Of a DNA stretch of 64,000 bases, positions 37,601 through 46,820 are shown piece by piece. A model generated the notes under the pieces. It searched no databases and was not told where the DNA came from. It saw only the letters and a program-made list of their open reading frames with translations. Source of the stretch: Dehalococcoidia bacterium. Its GTDB lineage: Bacteria; Chloroflexota; Dehalococcoidia; DSTF01; JALHUB01. The translations under genes were made by a program, and so were the position numbers. The DNA lies in contig DAOULP010000083.1 in the NCBI GenBank assembly GCA_034420175.1, positions 191 to 64,190 on the forward strand, read 5' to 3'. Numbering within the stretch: the first letter of the stretch is position 1; each line of letters opens with the position of its first letter.

Positions 37601-40161
37601 GTGGTCAAGGCGATGCCGTTGGACAGTCGGCGTTCGACAGGTACGGCGACATACCGGAAGTGGTGGGCAACATGCGCCGCGCCCTCGCTGGTGAATCGTT
37701 CACAGCAGTGGTGGAGCTGCGGGGCGCGACGCTGGAGATCCACCACGTGCCGATCCGCGACAACCAGGGACAGGTCACCGGCATGATCGGCGTCGCCACG
37801 GACATCACCGAGCGCAAGCGGGCGGAGCAGGCGCTGCGCGATAGCGAGGAGCGGCTGCGCCAGGTTCTGGAGGTGTCTCTGGAGCCGATCTACAGGCTCG
37901 ATCTCCGGACTGGCACCTACGACTACGTTAGCCCGTCCATCTGCCGTGTGCTGGGTTTCACCCCTAAGGAGCTGGTTGCAATGGGGTTCCAGGGAGTCGC
38001 GCGCAGGGTACATCCCAAGGACCGACAACGCGTGCGGCTCTCCCTTGGCTCTCTCCGCGACCACACAGCTCAACGTGGCGGCGAGCCGAGGGAGTATCGC
38101 TGCAGACACAAGAATGGCGAGTACCGCTGGCTGAGCGATAGCCGCGCCTTGATTCGTGACCGAGATGGGCGACCCGTGGCCATAGTCGGGACCGTCAGTG
38201 ACATCACGGAGCGCAAGCGGGCGGAGGAGGCACTACGCAGTAGAGAGAAAGAAGTCCGCGTGATTGCCGAGAACGTCCCAGCCTTGTTCTCGTACGTGGA
38301 CGCCCAAGCTCGCTACCGCTTCGTGAACAAGCGGTACGGAGAGTGGTTTGGGTTGGCCCCAACGGAGATCATTGGGAAGCACTACGGGGACATCGTTGGC
38401 CGGGAGGCATATGCGCTGATAAAGCATCGCGTCCACAGGGTGTTGTCGGGCGAGCGAGTGTCGTACGAAGAGGCGCTGCCCTACAAGTACGGCGGCAAGC
38501 GCTGGGTGACTGCGGACTACGTTCCAGACAGCGACGACAGGGGAACGGTACGGGGCTTCTTTGCCCTCGTCGTCGACATCACTGAGCGCAAGCGGGCGGA
38601 AGAGGCCCTGCGGGAGAGCGAGGAGCGCCTCCGGCTGCTGGCGGAGAACGCCCGCGACATCATCTATCGTTACCGGCTCAGTCCCACGCGCGGATTCGAG
38701 TACGTCAGCCCGGCGGCGACAACGATCAGCGGCTACACGCCGGAGGAGCACTACGCCAACCCCAACCTCACCTTCAGTATGATCCACCCCCGTGATCGGG
38801 AGGCCCTCCGGCAGGTGATCGATGAGGGCGCGACCGCGCCAATCGTCCTGCGCTGGATACGCAAGGACGGCGCCAGCGTATGGACGGAGCAGAGACTGGT
38901 CCCCATCTACGATGACGCCGGCAACCGTGTCGCACTCGAGGGGATCGCCCGCGACGTGACAGAGCGCCATCTGGCCGAGGAGGCGCTGCGCGAGAGCGAG
39001 GAGCGCTACCGAAGGCTGGTGCAGGACTCGGTGGACGGCATAGTGGTCGTTGAGGGTGAGGAGATTGCGTTCGTTAATCCAACCCTCGTCAGGATGATGG
39101 GGTGCCGGAGAGACAAGGAGATGGTGGGCCATCCCTTTACCGACTTCGTGTCACGGGAACACCGACGGTTGATGGCGGAACGGGGCCGTGCCAGGGAACG
39201 GGGCGAGGATGTGCCCGACCGCTATGAGTTCAAGGCGATGCGCAAGGATGGCAGCGAGTTCGACGCCGAGCTCTCCGTCGGCATGATAACCTACCATGGC
39301 AGGCCAGCGCGGCAAGGGATCATCAGGGAGGTCACGGAGCGCAAGCGGGCGGAGGAAGAGCTGGAGCAGCACCGGCACCACCTCGCGGCGCTGGTTGAGG
39401 AGCGAACCGCCGAAGTCACCGCCCTGAACACGGAGCTGGAAGCCTTCGTCCACTCCGTGTCGCACGATCTGCGCGCCCCCCTGCGCAGCATCGATGGCTT
39501 CAGCCGCGCCCTTTTGGAGGACCTGGGCGAGCGGCTGGATGAGGCGGCCCTCGACTCCGTCCGCCGCGTCCGCGGGGCAACCCAGCGCATGAAGCAGCTC
39601 ATGGAGGACCTGCTGGCTCTGTCCCACGTGACAAAGACCGAGATCCGGGACGAGGCGGTCGATCTCAGCGACCTGGCGAAGACCATCGCCGGTGAACTCT
39701 TGGACGACGAGCCGGAACGGAAGGTGACCTTCGAGATCGCGGACGGTCTGACCGCGAGGGGTGACCCGTCTCTGCTGCAGATGGCCCTGGAGAACCTGCT
39801 GGACAACGCCTGGAAGTTCACGAGTCGTCACGAGACGGGGCACATTGAGTTCGGCTCCGCCAAAATTGGCCGCGAGCTGGCGTACTTCGTGCGTGACGAT
39901 GGTGTCGGCTTCGACATGGCCGGGCGGGAAAGGCTGTTCGTCCCCTTCCAGCGGCTGCATGCGGAGAGTGACTTCCCCGGCAGTGGCATCGGCCTGCCTA
40001 CCGTGCAACGCGTGGTGCATCGCCACGGCGGTCGGGTGTGGGCCGAAGGTTCGCCGGAAGGCGGCGCCACGTTCTACTTCACGCTCGCGGGCCGGAAGGG
40101 CCGGCGCCGCCAGCAGCCCCGTCCCAAGGGCCGCCCTCGGCGGTCTCCTGGCCAGACATGA
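34639..40161 (+). CDS. Giant cytoplasmic sensor histidine kinase with about 12 tandem PAS/PAC domains plus HisKA and HATPase_c
   Basis: 1840 aa. The inter-PAS linker DITERKRAEEALRESEERLR is iterated about 12 times. HisKA H-box (FVHSVSHDLRAPLRSI). HATPase N/G boxes (LLDNAWKFT, GSGIGLPTVQRVV). Confidence 0.9.
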   Translation: MGDKDRIPKHLARERAQSRTGRKAHARPSSAVREDVGAYQRVLEDLGEVLIRADADGTIVEVSPSPLAYGYTAEDLIGKPAPRFYGGSEQRAALLAALAEHGEVTDYEVRLRARDGRTVVASANVRLLRRPDGTVVGAEALLRDITARKRAEEELRKAHDELEARVAERTAELLRANERLGQEIEERRRAEQAARESESKWRSLVENAPALIMTLDRDGTIQFANHGVTGAPLEEAIGSSIFRYAPPQYHDDMREVFARVFETGEIGGDFDVPWPEADGSTSWHSARVGPLRQNGEVVALTIIATEVTERNQAENALRESEERFHRLADASFEGVAVHDKGRILEASEQYASMFGYALSDVIGRHALEFTAPEWRALLAQQLESGFEGPFEAVGLRRDGTTFWGEVRAKAIPYRGRTVSVTAIRDIAERKEAEEALRESERRFRDVLSVSRDLTYRLNLQIGSFDYVSPSVLRLTGFTVKEFVALGWKGVAKRFTPDTRPHLQGIGDGQPNLSIEAEETPEVEYRWRVKNGEYRWFRDNRAPIRDEQGRPVAVVGTTSDVTERKRAEEALRESEERLREVLDASRDVIFRRSLRTDEFEYVSPAAFEVTGFTAEQHVAMGRKGADKRIHPDDLPVLDAHTERLLSSAGEEDTIPPVDYRWRHKDGEYRWMSSNRVLVRDSDGEPVAIVGTVRDITQRKRVEQALRDGEERLRTVVTNAPVILFATDSDGAFTLCDGKGLQGLGMAPGEHVGQSVFDVYRDVPVIVDHARRALAGESSTALVDLGELTFEVHCTPVRDHQGRITGGIGVAIDITERKRAEEALRQSEERFRLLYEEAPIGYQSLDEEGRVLTVNKTWLALLGYASDEVIGRPFGEFLVPSQQGLYQERFSRFRAAGEVHDVEFEMVRKDGSRFLGLFDGVIGRDDRGAFRQTHCTMHDVTERRRAEQALRESEERLRTVVANAPLFLFATDRDGVVMLSEGKGLESIGRGQGDAVGQSAFDRYGDIPEVVGNMRRALAGESFTAVVELRGATLEIHHVPIRDNQGQVTGMIGVATDITERKRAEQALRDSEERLRQVLEVSLEPIYRLDLRTGTYDYVSPSICRVLGFTPKELVAMGFQGVARRVHPKDRQRVRLSLGSLRDHTAQRGGEPREYRCRHKNGEYRWLSDSRALIRDRDGRPVAIVGTVSDITERKRAEEALRSREKEVRVIAENVPALFSYVDAQARYRFVNKRYGEWFGLAPTEIIGKHYGDIVGREAYALIKHRVHRVLSGERVSYEEALPYKYGGKRWVTADYVPDSDDRGTVRGFFALVVDITERKRAEEALRESEERLRLLAENARDIIYRYRLSPTRGFEYVSPAATTISGYTPEEHYANPNLTFSMIHPRDREALRQVIDEGATAPIVLRWIRKDGASVWTEQRLVPIYDDAGNRVALEGIARDVTERHLAEEALRESEERYRRLVQDSVDGIVVVEGEEIAFVNPTLVRMMGCRRDKEMVGHPFTDFVSREHRRLMAERGRARERGEDVPDRYEFKAMRKDGSEFDAELSVGMITYHGRPARQGIIREVTERKRAEEELEQHRHHLAALVEERTAEVTALNTELEAFVHSVSHDLRAPLRSIDGFSRALLEDLGERLDEAALDSVRRVRGATQRMKQLMEDLLALSHVTKTEIRDEAVDLSDLAKTIAGELLDDEPERKVTFEIADGLTARGDPSLLQMALENLLDNAWKFTSRHETGHIEFGSAKIGRELAYFVRDDGVGFDMAGRERLFVPFQRLHAESDFPGSGIGLPTVQRVVHRHGGRVWAEGSPEGGATFYFTLAGRKGRRRQQPRPKGRPRRSPGQT

Positions 40162-40184
40162 GTAGGGAAAGAAAGTGGGCTTCG

Positions 40185-41732
40185 ATGGGAGAACCTGTGC
40201 GTTTGCTGATTGTCGAGGATTCAGAGGATGACACAATGCTGGTCGTGCGCGAGTTGCGGCGCGGGGGTTATGCCCCGGAACATGAACGCGTCGAGACGTC
40301 AGCGGCGATGCGCGCGGCCCTGGCCGGCTCGCGATGGGATGTGGTCATCTCCGACTTCTACCTGCCGACCTTCGACGCACCCAGCGCCTTGGAGGTGTTG
40401 AAGGAGAGTGGGCTTGACCTGCCCTTCATCGTTGTCACGGGCAGCATTGGCGAGGACATCGCCGTCGCCGCTATGAAGGCTGGGGCCAGCGACTATCTCC
40501 TCAAGGACAACCTGGCCCGCCTGGTGCCCGCGGTTCGGCGAGAGCTCCGAGAGGCGGAGAGCCGTAGACAGGGGAGGGCACTCGTCGACCGGCTTGCCCA
40601 GGCGGAGAAGCTGGAGAGCCTGGGCCGGCTGGCAGGCGGCGTGGCCCACGATCTCAGTAGCATCCTAACCTCCATCCTGGGGTACGCGGACCTGGGGTTG
40701 GGCCAGCTCCCGGATGGCCACGCCGCGCGTGACGACATCCAAGGGATCCGGCAGCATGTCCAGCGCGCGGCGACCCTCACCCGGCAGCTCCTGGCGGTCG
40801 CCAGCCGGCAGGTGATAGAGCCACGGGTCCTCAACCTGAATGACGCGATACTCGACTCTCTCCCGACGCTCCGTCCCATCCTCGGCGGCGACGTTGAGCT
40901 GGCCACGGCCCTGGCCCCTGACCTGTGGCCGGTGACGGCGGATCCCCGTCAGATCGAGCAGGTCCTCGTTTGCCTGGTGACCAACGCCCAAGAGGCTATA
41001 CCTGGCGGGGGCGAGATCACCATCGAGACGCGCAACGCCCGCCTGAGTGAGGGTGGGCGGGACAGGCAGCCGCCCGACGTCGCTGACGAGTGTGCGGTCC
41101 TGGCGGTCAGTGACACCGGTGTGGGGATGACCGACGAGGTCAAGGCTCGTGCCTTTGAGCCGTTCTTCTCTACCAAGCCACCGGGCGAGGGCAACGGTCT
41201 GGGCCTGGCGACCTGCTACGGAATCGTCGCTCAGAACGGCGGACACATCGACGTGAGCAGCGCGCCCGATCTTGGCACGACCTTCAACGTCTACCTGCCC
41301 CGCGCCAGGCAGGCTGTCGAGGCGCCACTTGAGGCTGAGGGGCCGGGCCCTGGAGCGGCGGGTACGGAGACGCTGCTCCTGGTTGAGGACGAGGAGTCGG
41401 CCCGGGTGGTCATGGCTCAGGCACTTCGCCGCTTCGGCTACACAGTTGTAGAGGCTGCGGATGGCCCGGCGGCGCTCCGCATCGTCTCAGAACCCAGCGA
41501 TCCCACGATCGATCTGTTGGTGACCGACATCGTGATGCCTCACATGAGCGGCAAAGAGCTGGCAGACAGGATGGCACTCACACACCCAAGCACCAGAGTT
41601 CTCTTCATCTCCGGTTACCCGGATGAGACCATCGCGCGCCATGGTGTGCTTGGGGCCGGCATCACCCTGTTGCAGAAGCCCTTCTCCTCGGCAGAGCTGG
41701 CGACCGCAATCCGGCGGGTACTGGATCGCTAG
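40185..41732 (+). CDS. Hybrid histidine kinase / response regulator (REC-HisKA-HATPase_c-REC)
   Basis: N-terminal receiver (VRLLIVEDSEDD...DVVISDFYLPTFDAPS). H-box LAGGVAHDLSSIL. HATPase (GNGLGLATCYGIV). C-terminal receiver (TLLLVEDEE...DLLVTDIVMPHMSG). An in-frame alternative ATG at 40158 overlaps the upstream stop (ATGA). Confidence 0.85.
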   Translation: MGEPVRLLIVEDSEDDTMLVVRELRRGGYAPEHERVETSAAMRAALAGSRWDVVISDFYLPTFDAPSALEVLKESGLDLPFIVVTGSIGEDIAVAAMKAGASDYLLKDNLARLVPAVRRELREAESRRQGRALVDRLAQAEKLESLGRLAGGVAHDLSSILTSILGYADLGLGQLPDGHAARDDIQGIRQHVQRAATLTRQLLAVASRQVIEPRVLNLNDAILDSLPTLRPILGGDVELATALAPDLWPVTADPRQIEQVLVCLVTNAQEAIPGGGEITIETRNARLSEGGRDRQPPDVADECAVLAVSDTGVGMTDEVKARAFEPFFSTKPPGEGNGLGLATCYGIVAQNGGHIDVSSAPDLGTTFNVYLPRARQAVEAPLEAEGPGPGAAGTETLLLVEDEESARVVMAQALRRFGYTVVEAADGPAALRIVSEPSDPTIDLLVTDIVMPHMSGKELADRMALTHPSTRVLFISGYPDETIARHGVLGAGITLLQKPFSSAELATAIRRVLDR

Positions 41733-42061
41733 GGAGGTGGCCCGATCCCAGCCTTGTGCGGCCAATCAGAGATCCGCAGCCAGATGTCATTTGGATTGTC
41801 AGCGAAGGATCAGTGATCGGGGACCCGCTTCCGGGATGCTTCACACCGCACGGCATGATAAAGACCAAGCAGTGAACTTGCCGGCGAATCCCTGACCCAG
41901 GACTCCAGCAGAGTGCCGATAGAGCGAGGTGGGCCGCTCCTGGTTCCATAGGCCAACCACGAGCGGAAGCTACGGGGCGCACGCCTTGGGCCTGTCGAAG
42001 AGCGTCCCACATGCTCGGGCGAGAGAAGAGCCCGGCCCGCGTCGCAGAGACAGCAGGGCGC

Positions 42062-42859
42062 TCAGGCGGCCCTGTCTTCCGGGCTCCCTGCGTGTCCGCT
42101 CTGGCCTGCGTCCGGGTCCCCCAGAGGGCGGCGGGCGTGGCGGATGAGATCCTGCGCATCTCTTGCGTCATCCGGGTAGGTGGAGACGCCCAGGCGAAGA
42201 CACTTGCCCGCGGAGCCGCCCGGCCTGCCGGTCAGCGCTCTGTCGAGCGCAGCGCACAAGCGCTGGCCCAAGTCCAACGCGGACTCCTTGTCGACGCCGG
42301 AGGTGGCGACGGCCAGTTCGTTGGCGCCCAGGACGGCTACTGCGTCCGAATCGCGGGTGCCGCGCACTAGGGCATCGCTCAGTTGCTGCAGAGCTTTCTC
42401 CGGGCCGCCCTTCCTGTTGGCGACGGCCGCCAACTCGAAGCGGAAGAGCAGTAACGAAACAGGGATATCAAGGCGCTGAGCTCTGTCGCACTCCAGGCTC
42501 AACCGGTCATAGAAGTAACCCCTGGCATAGAGCCCCGTGGCGGAGTCGTAGACCCCGCTGAGCGCCGCTATGGCGTCGTTTCGCCGACGGACCCACTGAC
42601 GCAATAGCAGCGTCATCGCGCCGACCCCGAAGGTTCCGCCCCCAAGGATGAGTGTGAGCGCCACCTGGCTGCTGTAGTCCTCTTCCGAGAGGCCGCCCGG
42701 GAACCAGGGGATCGCCAAGTACAAGAAGAAGGCCAGCATGGTCCAGAAGACGGCACCTATCAAGCGGGACCACCTGAGAAGCCGGATATACTGACGGTAT
42801 AGCCGTGAGCCGGCACGCCTCTCCTCCACCCGGAGCCGCAGTGTCACGTTGTCGTCCAT
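42062..42859 (-). CDS. Membrane protein with a degenerate GGDEF-like domain. Paralog of 31556-32356.
   Basis: TM pair, then SGVYDSATGLYARGYFYDRLSLECDRAQRLDIPVSLLLFRFE is a GGDEF-fold segment without GGDEF. Confidence 0.55.
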   Translation of the reverse strand: MDDNVTLRLRVEERRAGSRLYRQYIRLLRWSRLIGAVFWTMLAFFLYLAIPWFPGGLSEEDYSSQVALTLILGGGTFGVGAMTLLLRQWVRRRNDAIAALSGVYDSATGLYARGYFYDRLSLECDRAQRLDIPVSLLLFRFELAAVANRKGGPEKALQQLSDALVRGTRDSDAVAVLGANELAVATSGVDKESALDLGQRLCAALDRALTGRPGGSAGKCLRLGVSTYPDDARDAQDLIRHARRPLGDPDAGQSGHAGSPEDRAA

Positions 42860-42958
42860 AGTCTCATCCTCGACTTGCCGGGTGGTGCACTGGTTCGAGC
42901 CTCATCTCGCCCCAGGCCCCGTCGGCGAAGCCATCGTGTGGCCGCTACCCGCTCACCG

Positions 42959-45900
42959 CTAGGCGGCAGCGTCCTCTTGCCCATCGTTTGTGCGCAGAGC
43001 AGGGAGCATTCCCTGCCTGCGGAGGTGCATCAGGGCCTCCACGACCCTGGGACTGAACTGCTCGCTGGAACACGCCGAGATCTCCCGCGCGGCGGCTGCC
43101 ACGGACCGGGCAGGTCTGTAGGGCCGATCGCTGGTAATGGCATCGAAACTGTCGGCCACGGCGACGATGGCCGCGGCCTCAGGAATTGCGTCGCCCGCGA
43201 GGCCGTCGGGGTAGCCTGTGCCGTCCCAACGCTCGTGGTGTGAGCGGGCGATGGTGGCCGCCAGGTCGAAGTCCGGCCGGCCGATCAGGAACTCGTAGCC
43301 CCAAGTGGTGTGGTGCTTCATCAGTTCCCATTCCTCCCTGGTGAGGCGGCCGGTGCTGGCGAGCACCACGTCAGGTACGCGGATCTTGCCGATGTCATGG
43401 AGCACGGCCGCCACACCCAGTTCGCTCGCGTCCTCCTCGCTTTGGCCGAGATCACATGCTAGCGCCTCGGCAAGGCAACGGACGTTGCGGAGGTGGGACC
43501 CGGTGGTGCGATCATGGGCTTCGGCGGCGGCGGCGAGCAGCATGACCGTTTCTACTCGGGCCTCCGCAAGACCTGTCGAGGCCGACTGCAGGTCGTCCAC
43601 CAGCGTCGCCATGCGGACCATGGCGGTGACCTGCGCGGCGACCACCATCGTGAAGTCACCATCAAGCGGCGTGAAGGCCGCGCCTCGCTTGCTGGCAACC
43701 GAGAGGCTGCCGATCAGTTCACCCCTCCAGATCATCGGCGCTACCAAAGCCGAGCGTAGGCCGGCGGAGCCCAGCAGTTCCCTCTCGCCCGCGGTAAGTC
43801 GCTGGTCGGTCCGCACGTCATCTATGATGATCGGTCGCTGTAAGCGTTCGAGGGTTTGGCGAAGAGGGTGGTCTGCGGCCCTCCGGTGTTCACGATTCCA
43901 CATCTCGATTGCCTCTTCAGAGGCCCCGGAATACGCGGCCTGGGTCGTTGGCGGCTCCGACGGATGCCCGTACACCCGGAAGTTGACTCCGTCGTAGCCA
44001 GCACCGACCGACAGACGATGAGCGACCAGCCGAAGCTTCTCTCCGAGGTCGCTCGGCGACGTCAGGAGGGGCGCGATCTCCCCCACCAGTTTCGCCGCCC
44101 TCTGACTGCCGAGGCGGTGCGCCACACGCCCTCTGGCCGACGCCACAGGCCGCTGGCGTTTCGCGGCGTACATCTCGTCGTCGGCTAGCTTCACCAGTTC
44201 CTCGATCTCATCGGCCTCTGTCGGGTAGACCACGAGCCCGAGGCTGGCGGCGATTCCCACCTGGGCGCCGGTCTCCGGATCGGTCAGGCCGGTATCTGCC
44301 AGGGCGCTGAGCACGGCGTCACGATAGCATTCCGCCGCGGTGCGGTCGGCTCCGGGCAAGAGCGCCAAGAACTCATCCCCACCGTATCGGCCGACGAGCG
44401 CCCCATCCCTCGACAGCGTGCCCGCCACTGCCAGCAGCACGGCGTCGCCGACCTGGTGGCCGTAGGCGTCGTTTGTCGCCTTCAAGCCGTCCACGTCAGC
44501 CATTGCCACGGCGTGCAAGGCACCGTCGGAGCGGCCCGAAATCAGACGGCGCAGCTCCCCCACGATCGCTCCATGGTTGAGCACGCCGGTCAGCGGATCA
44601 CGCCGCACCTGCTCGCGCAACGTCTCCTCCAGCAGCTTGCGCTCGGTGATGTCGCGCACGAAGGCGTTGAGGGTAACGGTGGCCCCGGATCGAACCGGCC
44701 AGATGGCCAGCTCAACAGGGAACTGGTGCCCGTCGCGGTGCAGCGCCGTCATCTCGATCCGCTGGTTCAGCACAGGTCCCTCGCCGGTCTTGAGGAAGTG
44801 CTTCAGGCCCCGTTCGTGTGCCTCTCGGTGGTCCGGTGGGATGATCGTGTCGGCCATTCTCCGGCCCAGGGCCAGCGACCGGGGCCAGCCGAAGGTGGCC
44901 TCGGCCTGAACGTTCCAACCCGTGATCAGGCCGTCGGGGTCCATGGAGACGAGAGCATCGTTGGCGGTCTCGACGATGAGGCGAGCCCTTTCCTCGCTCT
45001 CGCGGAGCGCCTCCTCCATGCGCCTACGCTCCGTGATATCCCTCGTCACAGCTGTGAATGCGTGCGGCCTGCCGTCCGTGTCGGTGACCACCGAGGCACT
45101 GAGTTCGCCGGCGAATCTCGTGCCGTCCTTCCTGAGCAGGGTGTACTCGATGTTTCTGGCCGTGCCCGATTCCAGGGTCTTCCTGGCGTTTTCGATGGCG
45201 CGCTGGCGGTCCTCGGGCGCGATGAAGTCCAGGGCGTTCCTGGCGCTGGAAAGCAGATCCTCGACGCTCTCGAATCCCTGCAGCCGCGCCGCCTGCTCAT
45301 TGCACATGATGACGCTGGTGTCGAGATCCGTCAGCGTGATTGCGTCAGGGGAAGCTTCGACAAGGCTCCGGTAGCGCTCCTCGCTCTCCCTCAGCGCGTC
45401 TGCTGCGCGCCGGCGCTCCGTGAACTCGCCCAGCCGTTCGGCGATGGCTTCGATCAGGCTGCGCTCTTCCTTCAGGAACGGTCCCTCATCAGCGTCGGGC
45501 CTTCGTTCCCGGTAGTAGACTTCCACACTGCCAACGCGATTGCCGCCCACGCTGATCGGGGCGGCCAGCCCCCACGTGGTTCGATCGAAGCTCACACTCC
45601 GGAACTCCTGGCCTTCGACCGTGATCCGTGCACACGCCACGTCTGGGTACTGCCAGCTCGGAGGAATTAGCTGGACTGCGCCTCCCAGGGCCGCCTCCAG
45701 CGTCGCACGTGGCTCCTGAAGGAGGTTGGAGAGGCGATAGAGGCAGTTCAGCTCCTTCACGCGCTCGCCCAGATCATGGGTCTTGTGTCGCAGCGCCGCC
45801 TCGGCCCGCTTGCGCTCGGCGACCATGTCGTTGAAGTCGCGGGCCAGGGAGGCCAGCTCCTCAGGGCCAGACACTTCGGCGCTGGCGTCCAGATTCCCCG

Positions 45901-46591
45901 AAGCGATGGTCCTGACCCTTGCGCGCAGCAAAGAGAGTGGGCGCACGACCGAAAGCGCGAGCATTGCCACCGCGGCGGCCGCTGCAAGGAAGGCAGCAGT
46001 TGCCGATCCCACCAACAGCCAGAGTGTGATGTCTGCCGAGCGGTCCGCCGCGGCCCGCTCGGCGGCCAGCATCTCCTGCTGCCGGCCGGCCTGCCGGTCC
46101 AGACCTGCTAGCTGCGCCTCGGCCTCTGCCCATAGCTGTGGGTAGTACTGCTGGGCCACCGCGATCCTCGTGGCGATGTCGGCTGTCGCGGCGGAGTCAA
46201 CGATTGCGTCTACTGCCTGACTCGTTTGATCCAACTGCTCAAGGAACCCGTCGATGGCGGCGACTCCGTCCGCGTCGCCTAGGGCGATCAGACCCGTCCG
46301 AGCTCGATCGAGCTCGTCGATCCGCTGTTCGTCCTCTTGTCGCGCCGCCTGGACGTAGGGAGTCGCGTCTTCTGCAAACACGGCGGCGGTGACCATGGTG
46401 GCGCCGCGGAAGGCCTGAGCACGGGCGTTCTCCATTGAGGCAACCACCTCTGACCTCCGCTCCAGCAGGTCATGCTGGTGCCGGTCGTCATTGGCCCGCC
46501 AGACGGCTGCCAACCCCACGGTCGCCAGCAGGAGCGTGAGCAGTGCCCCAGCCAGGAGGGCTCTGCCCCGGACGGATCTCCAGATCAGCAT
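42959..46591 (-). CDS. Multidomain membrane c-di-GMP signalling protein: periplasmic sensor, HAMP, 2x PAS, GGDEF, GAF, HD-GYP
   Basis: Start at MLIWRSV (ATG 46591); the ORF extends to 46684. HAMP. PAS linkers DITERRRMEEALRESEE. GGDEF motif RYGGDEF. GAF. HD-GYP motifs (HD...HHERWDGTGYP). Confidence 0.9.
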   Translation of the reverse strand: MLIWRSVRGRALLAGALLTLLLATVGLAAVWRANDDRHQHDLLERRSEVVASMENARAQAFRGATMVTAAVFAEDATPYVQAARQEDEQRIDELDRARTGLIALGDADGVAAIDGFLEQLDQTSQAVDAIVDSAATADIATRIAVAQQYYPQLWAEAEAQLAGLDRQAGRQQEMLAAERAAADRSADITLWLLVGSATAAFLAAAAAVAMLALSVVRPLSLLRARVRTIASGNLDASAEVSGPEELASLARDFNDMVAERKRAEAALRHKTHDLGERVKELNCLYRLSNLLQEPRATLEAALGGAVQLIPPSWQYPDVACARITVEGQEFRSVSFDRTTWGLAAPISVGGNRVGSVEVYYRERRPDADEGPFLKEERSLIEAIAERLGEFTERRRAADALRESEERYRSLVEASPDAITLTDLDTSVIMCNEQAARLQGFESVEDLLSSARNALDFIAPEDRQRAIENARKTLESGTARNIEYTLLRKDGTRFAGELSASVVTDTDGRPHAFTAVTRDITERRRMEEALRESEERARLIVETANDALVSMDPDGLITGWNVQAEATFGWPRSLALGRRMADTIIPPDHREAHERGLKHFLKTGEGPVLNQRIEMTALHRDGHQFPVELAIWPVRSGATVTLNAFVRDITERKLLEETLREQVRRDPLTGVLNHGAIVGELRRLISGRSDGALHAVAMADVDGLKATNDAYGHQVGDAVLLAVAGTLSRDGALVGRYGGDEFLALLPGADRTAAECYRDAVLSALADTGLTDPETGAQVGIAASLGLVVYPTEADEIEELVKLADDEMYAAKRQRPVASARGRVAHRLGSQRAAKLVGEIAPLLTSPSDLGEKLRLVAHRLSVGAGYDGVNFRVYGHPSEPPTTQAAYSGASEEAIEMWNREHRRAADHPLRQTLERLQRPIIIDDVRTDQRLTAGERELLGSAGLRSALVAPMIWRGELIGSLSVASKRGAAFTPLDGDFTMVVAAQVTAMVRMATLVDDLQSASTGLAEARVETVMLLAAAAEAHDRTTGSHLRNVRCLAEALACDLGQSEEDASELGVAAVLHDIGKIRVPDVVLASTGRLTREEWELMKHHTTWGYEFLIGRPDFDLAATIARSHHERWDGTGYPDGLAGDAIPEAAAIVAVADSFDAITSDRPYRPARSVAAAAREISACSSEQFSPRVVEALMHLRRQGMLPALRTNDGQEDAAA

Positions 46592-46820
46592 TGCCGGGCC
46601 TGCTCCTCCCCGTTGGCGATACGGGCGGACGGCACGCCTGCATTCCCACGACGTGCTGGCGCCGTGGGCTCGCGCACTTCCCACATGTCAGATCGGCTTC
46701 AGGGGGTGGCGTCCGCACCCGCCCTTTGGCCGATGGACGTATCAGCCAAGAGGCCGATAGGCCTCAGTTGTCGTGATCTGCCGTGAGCGCCCTCCTTCGA
46801 GGACTCAGAGTCTTGTGGCG

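Noticed and set aside
40158-40185. Start of the hybrid kinase at ATG 40158 overlapping the upstream stop (ATGA)
   Set aside because: Not rejected outright. Both in-frame ATGs are possible. I listed 40185 because it lies directly before the receiver domain (MGEPVRLLIVEDS). The 27-nt difference does not affect the call.
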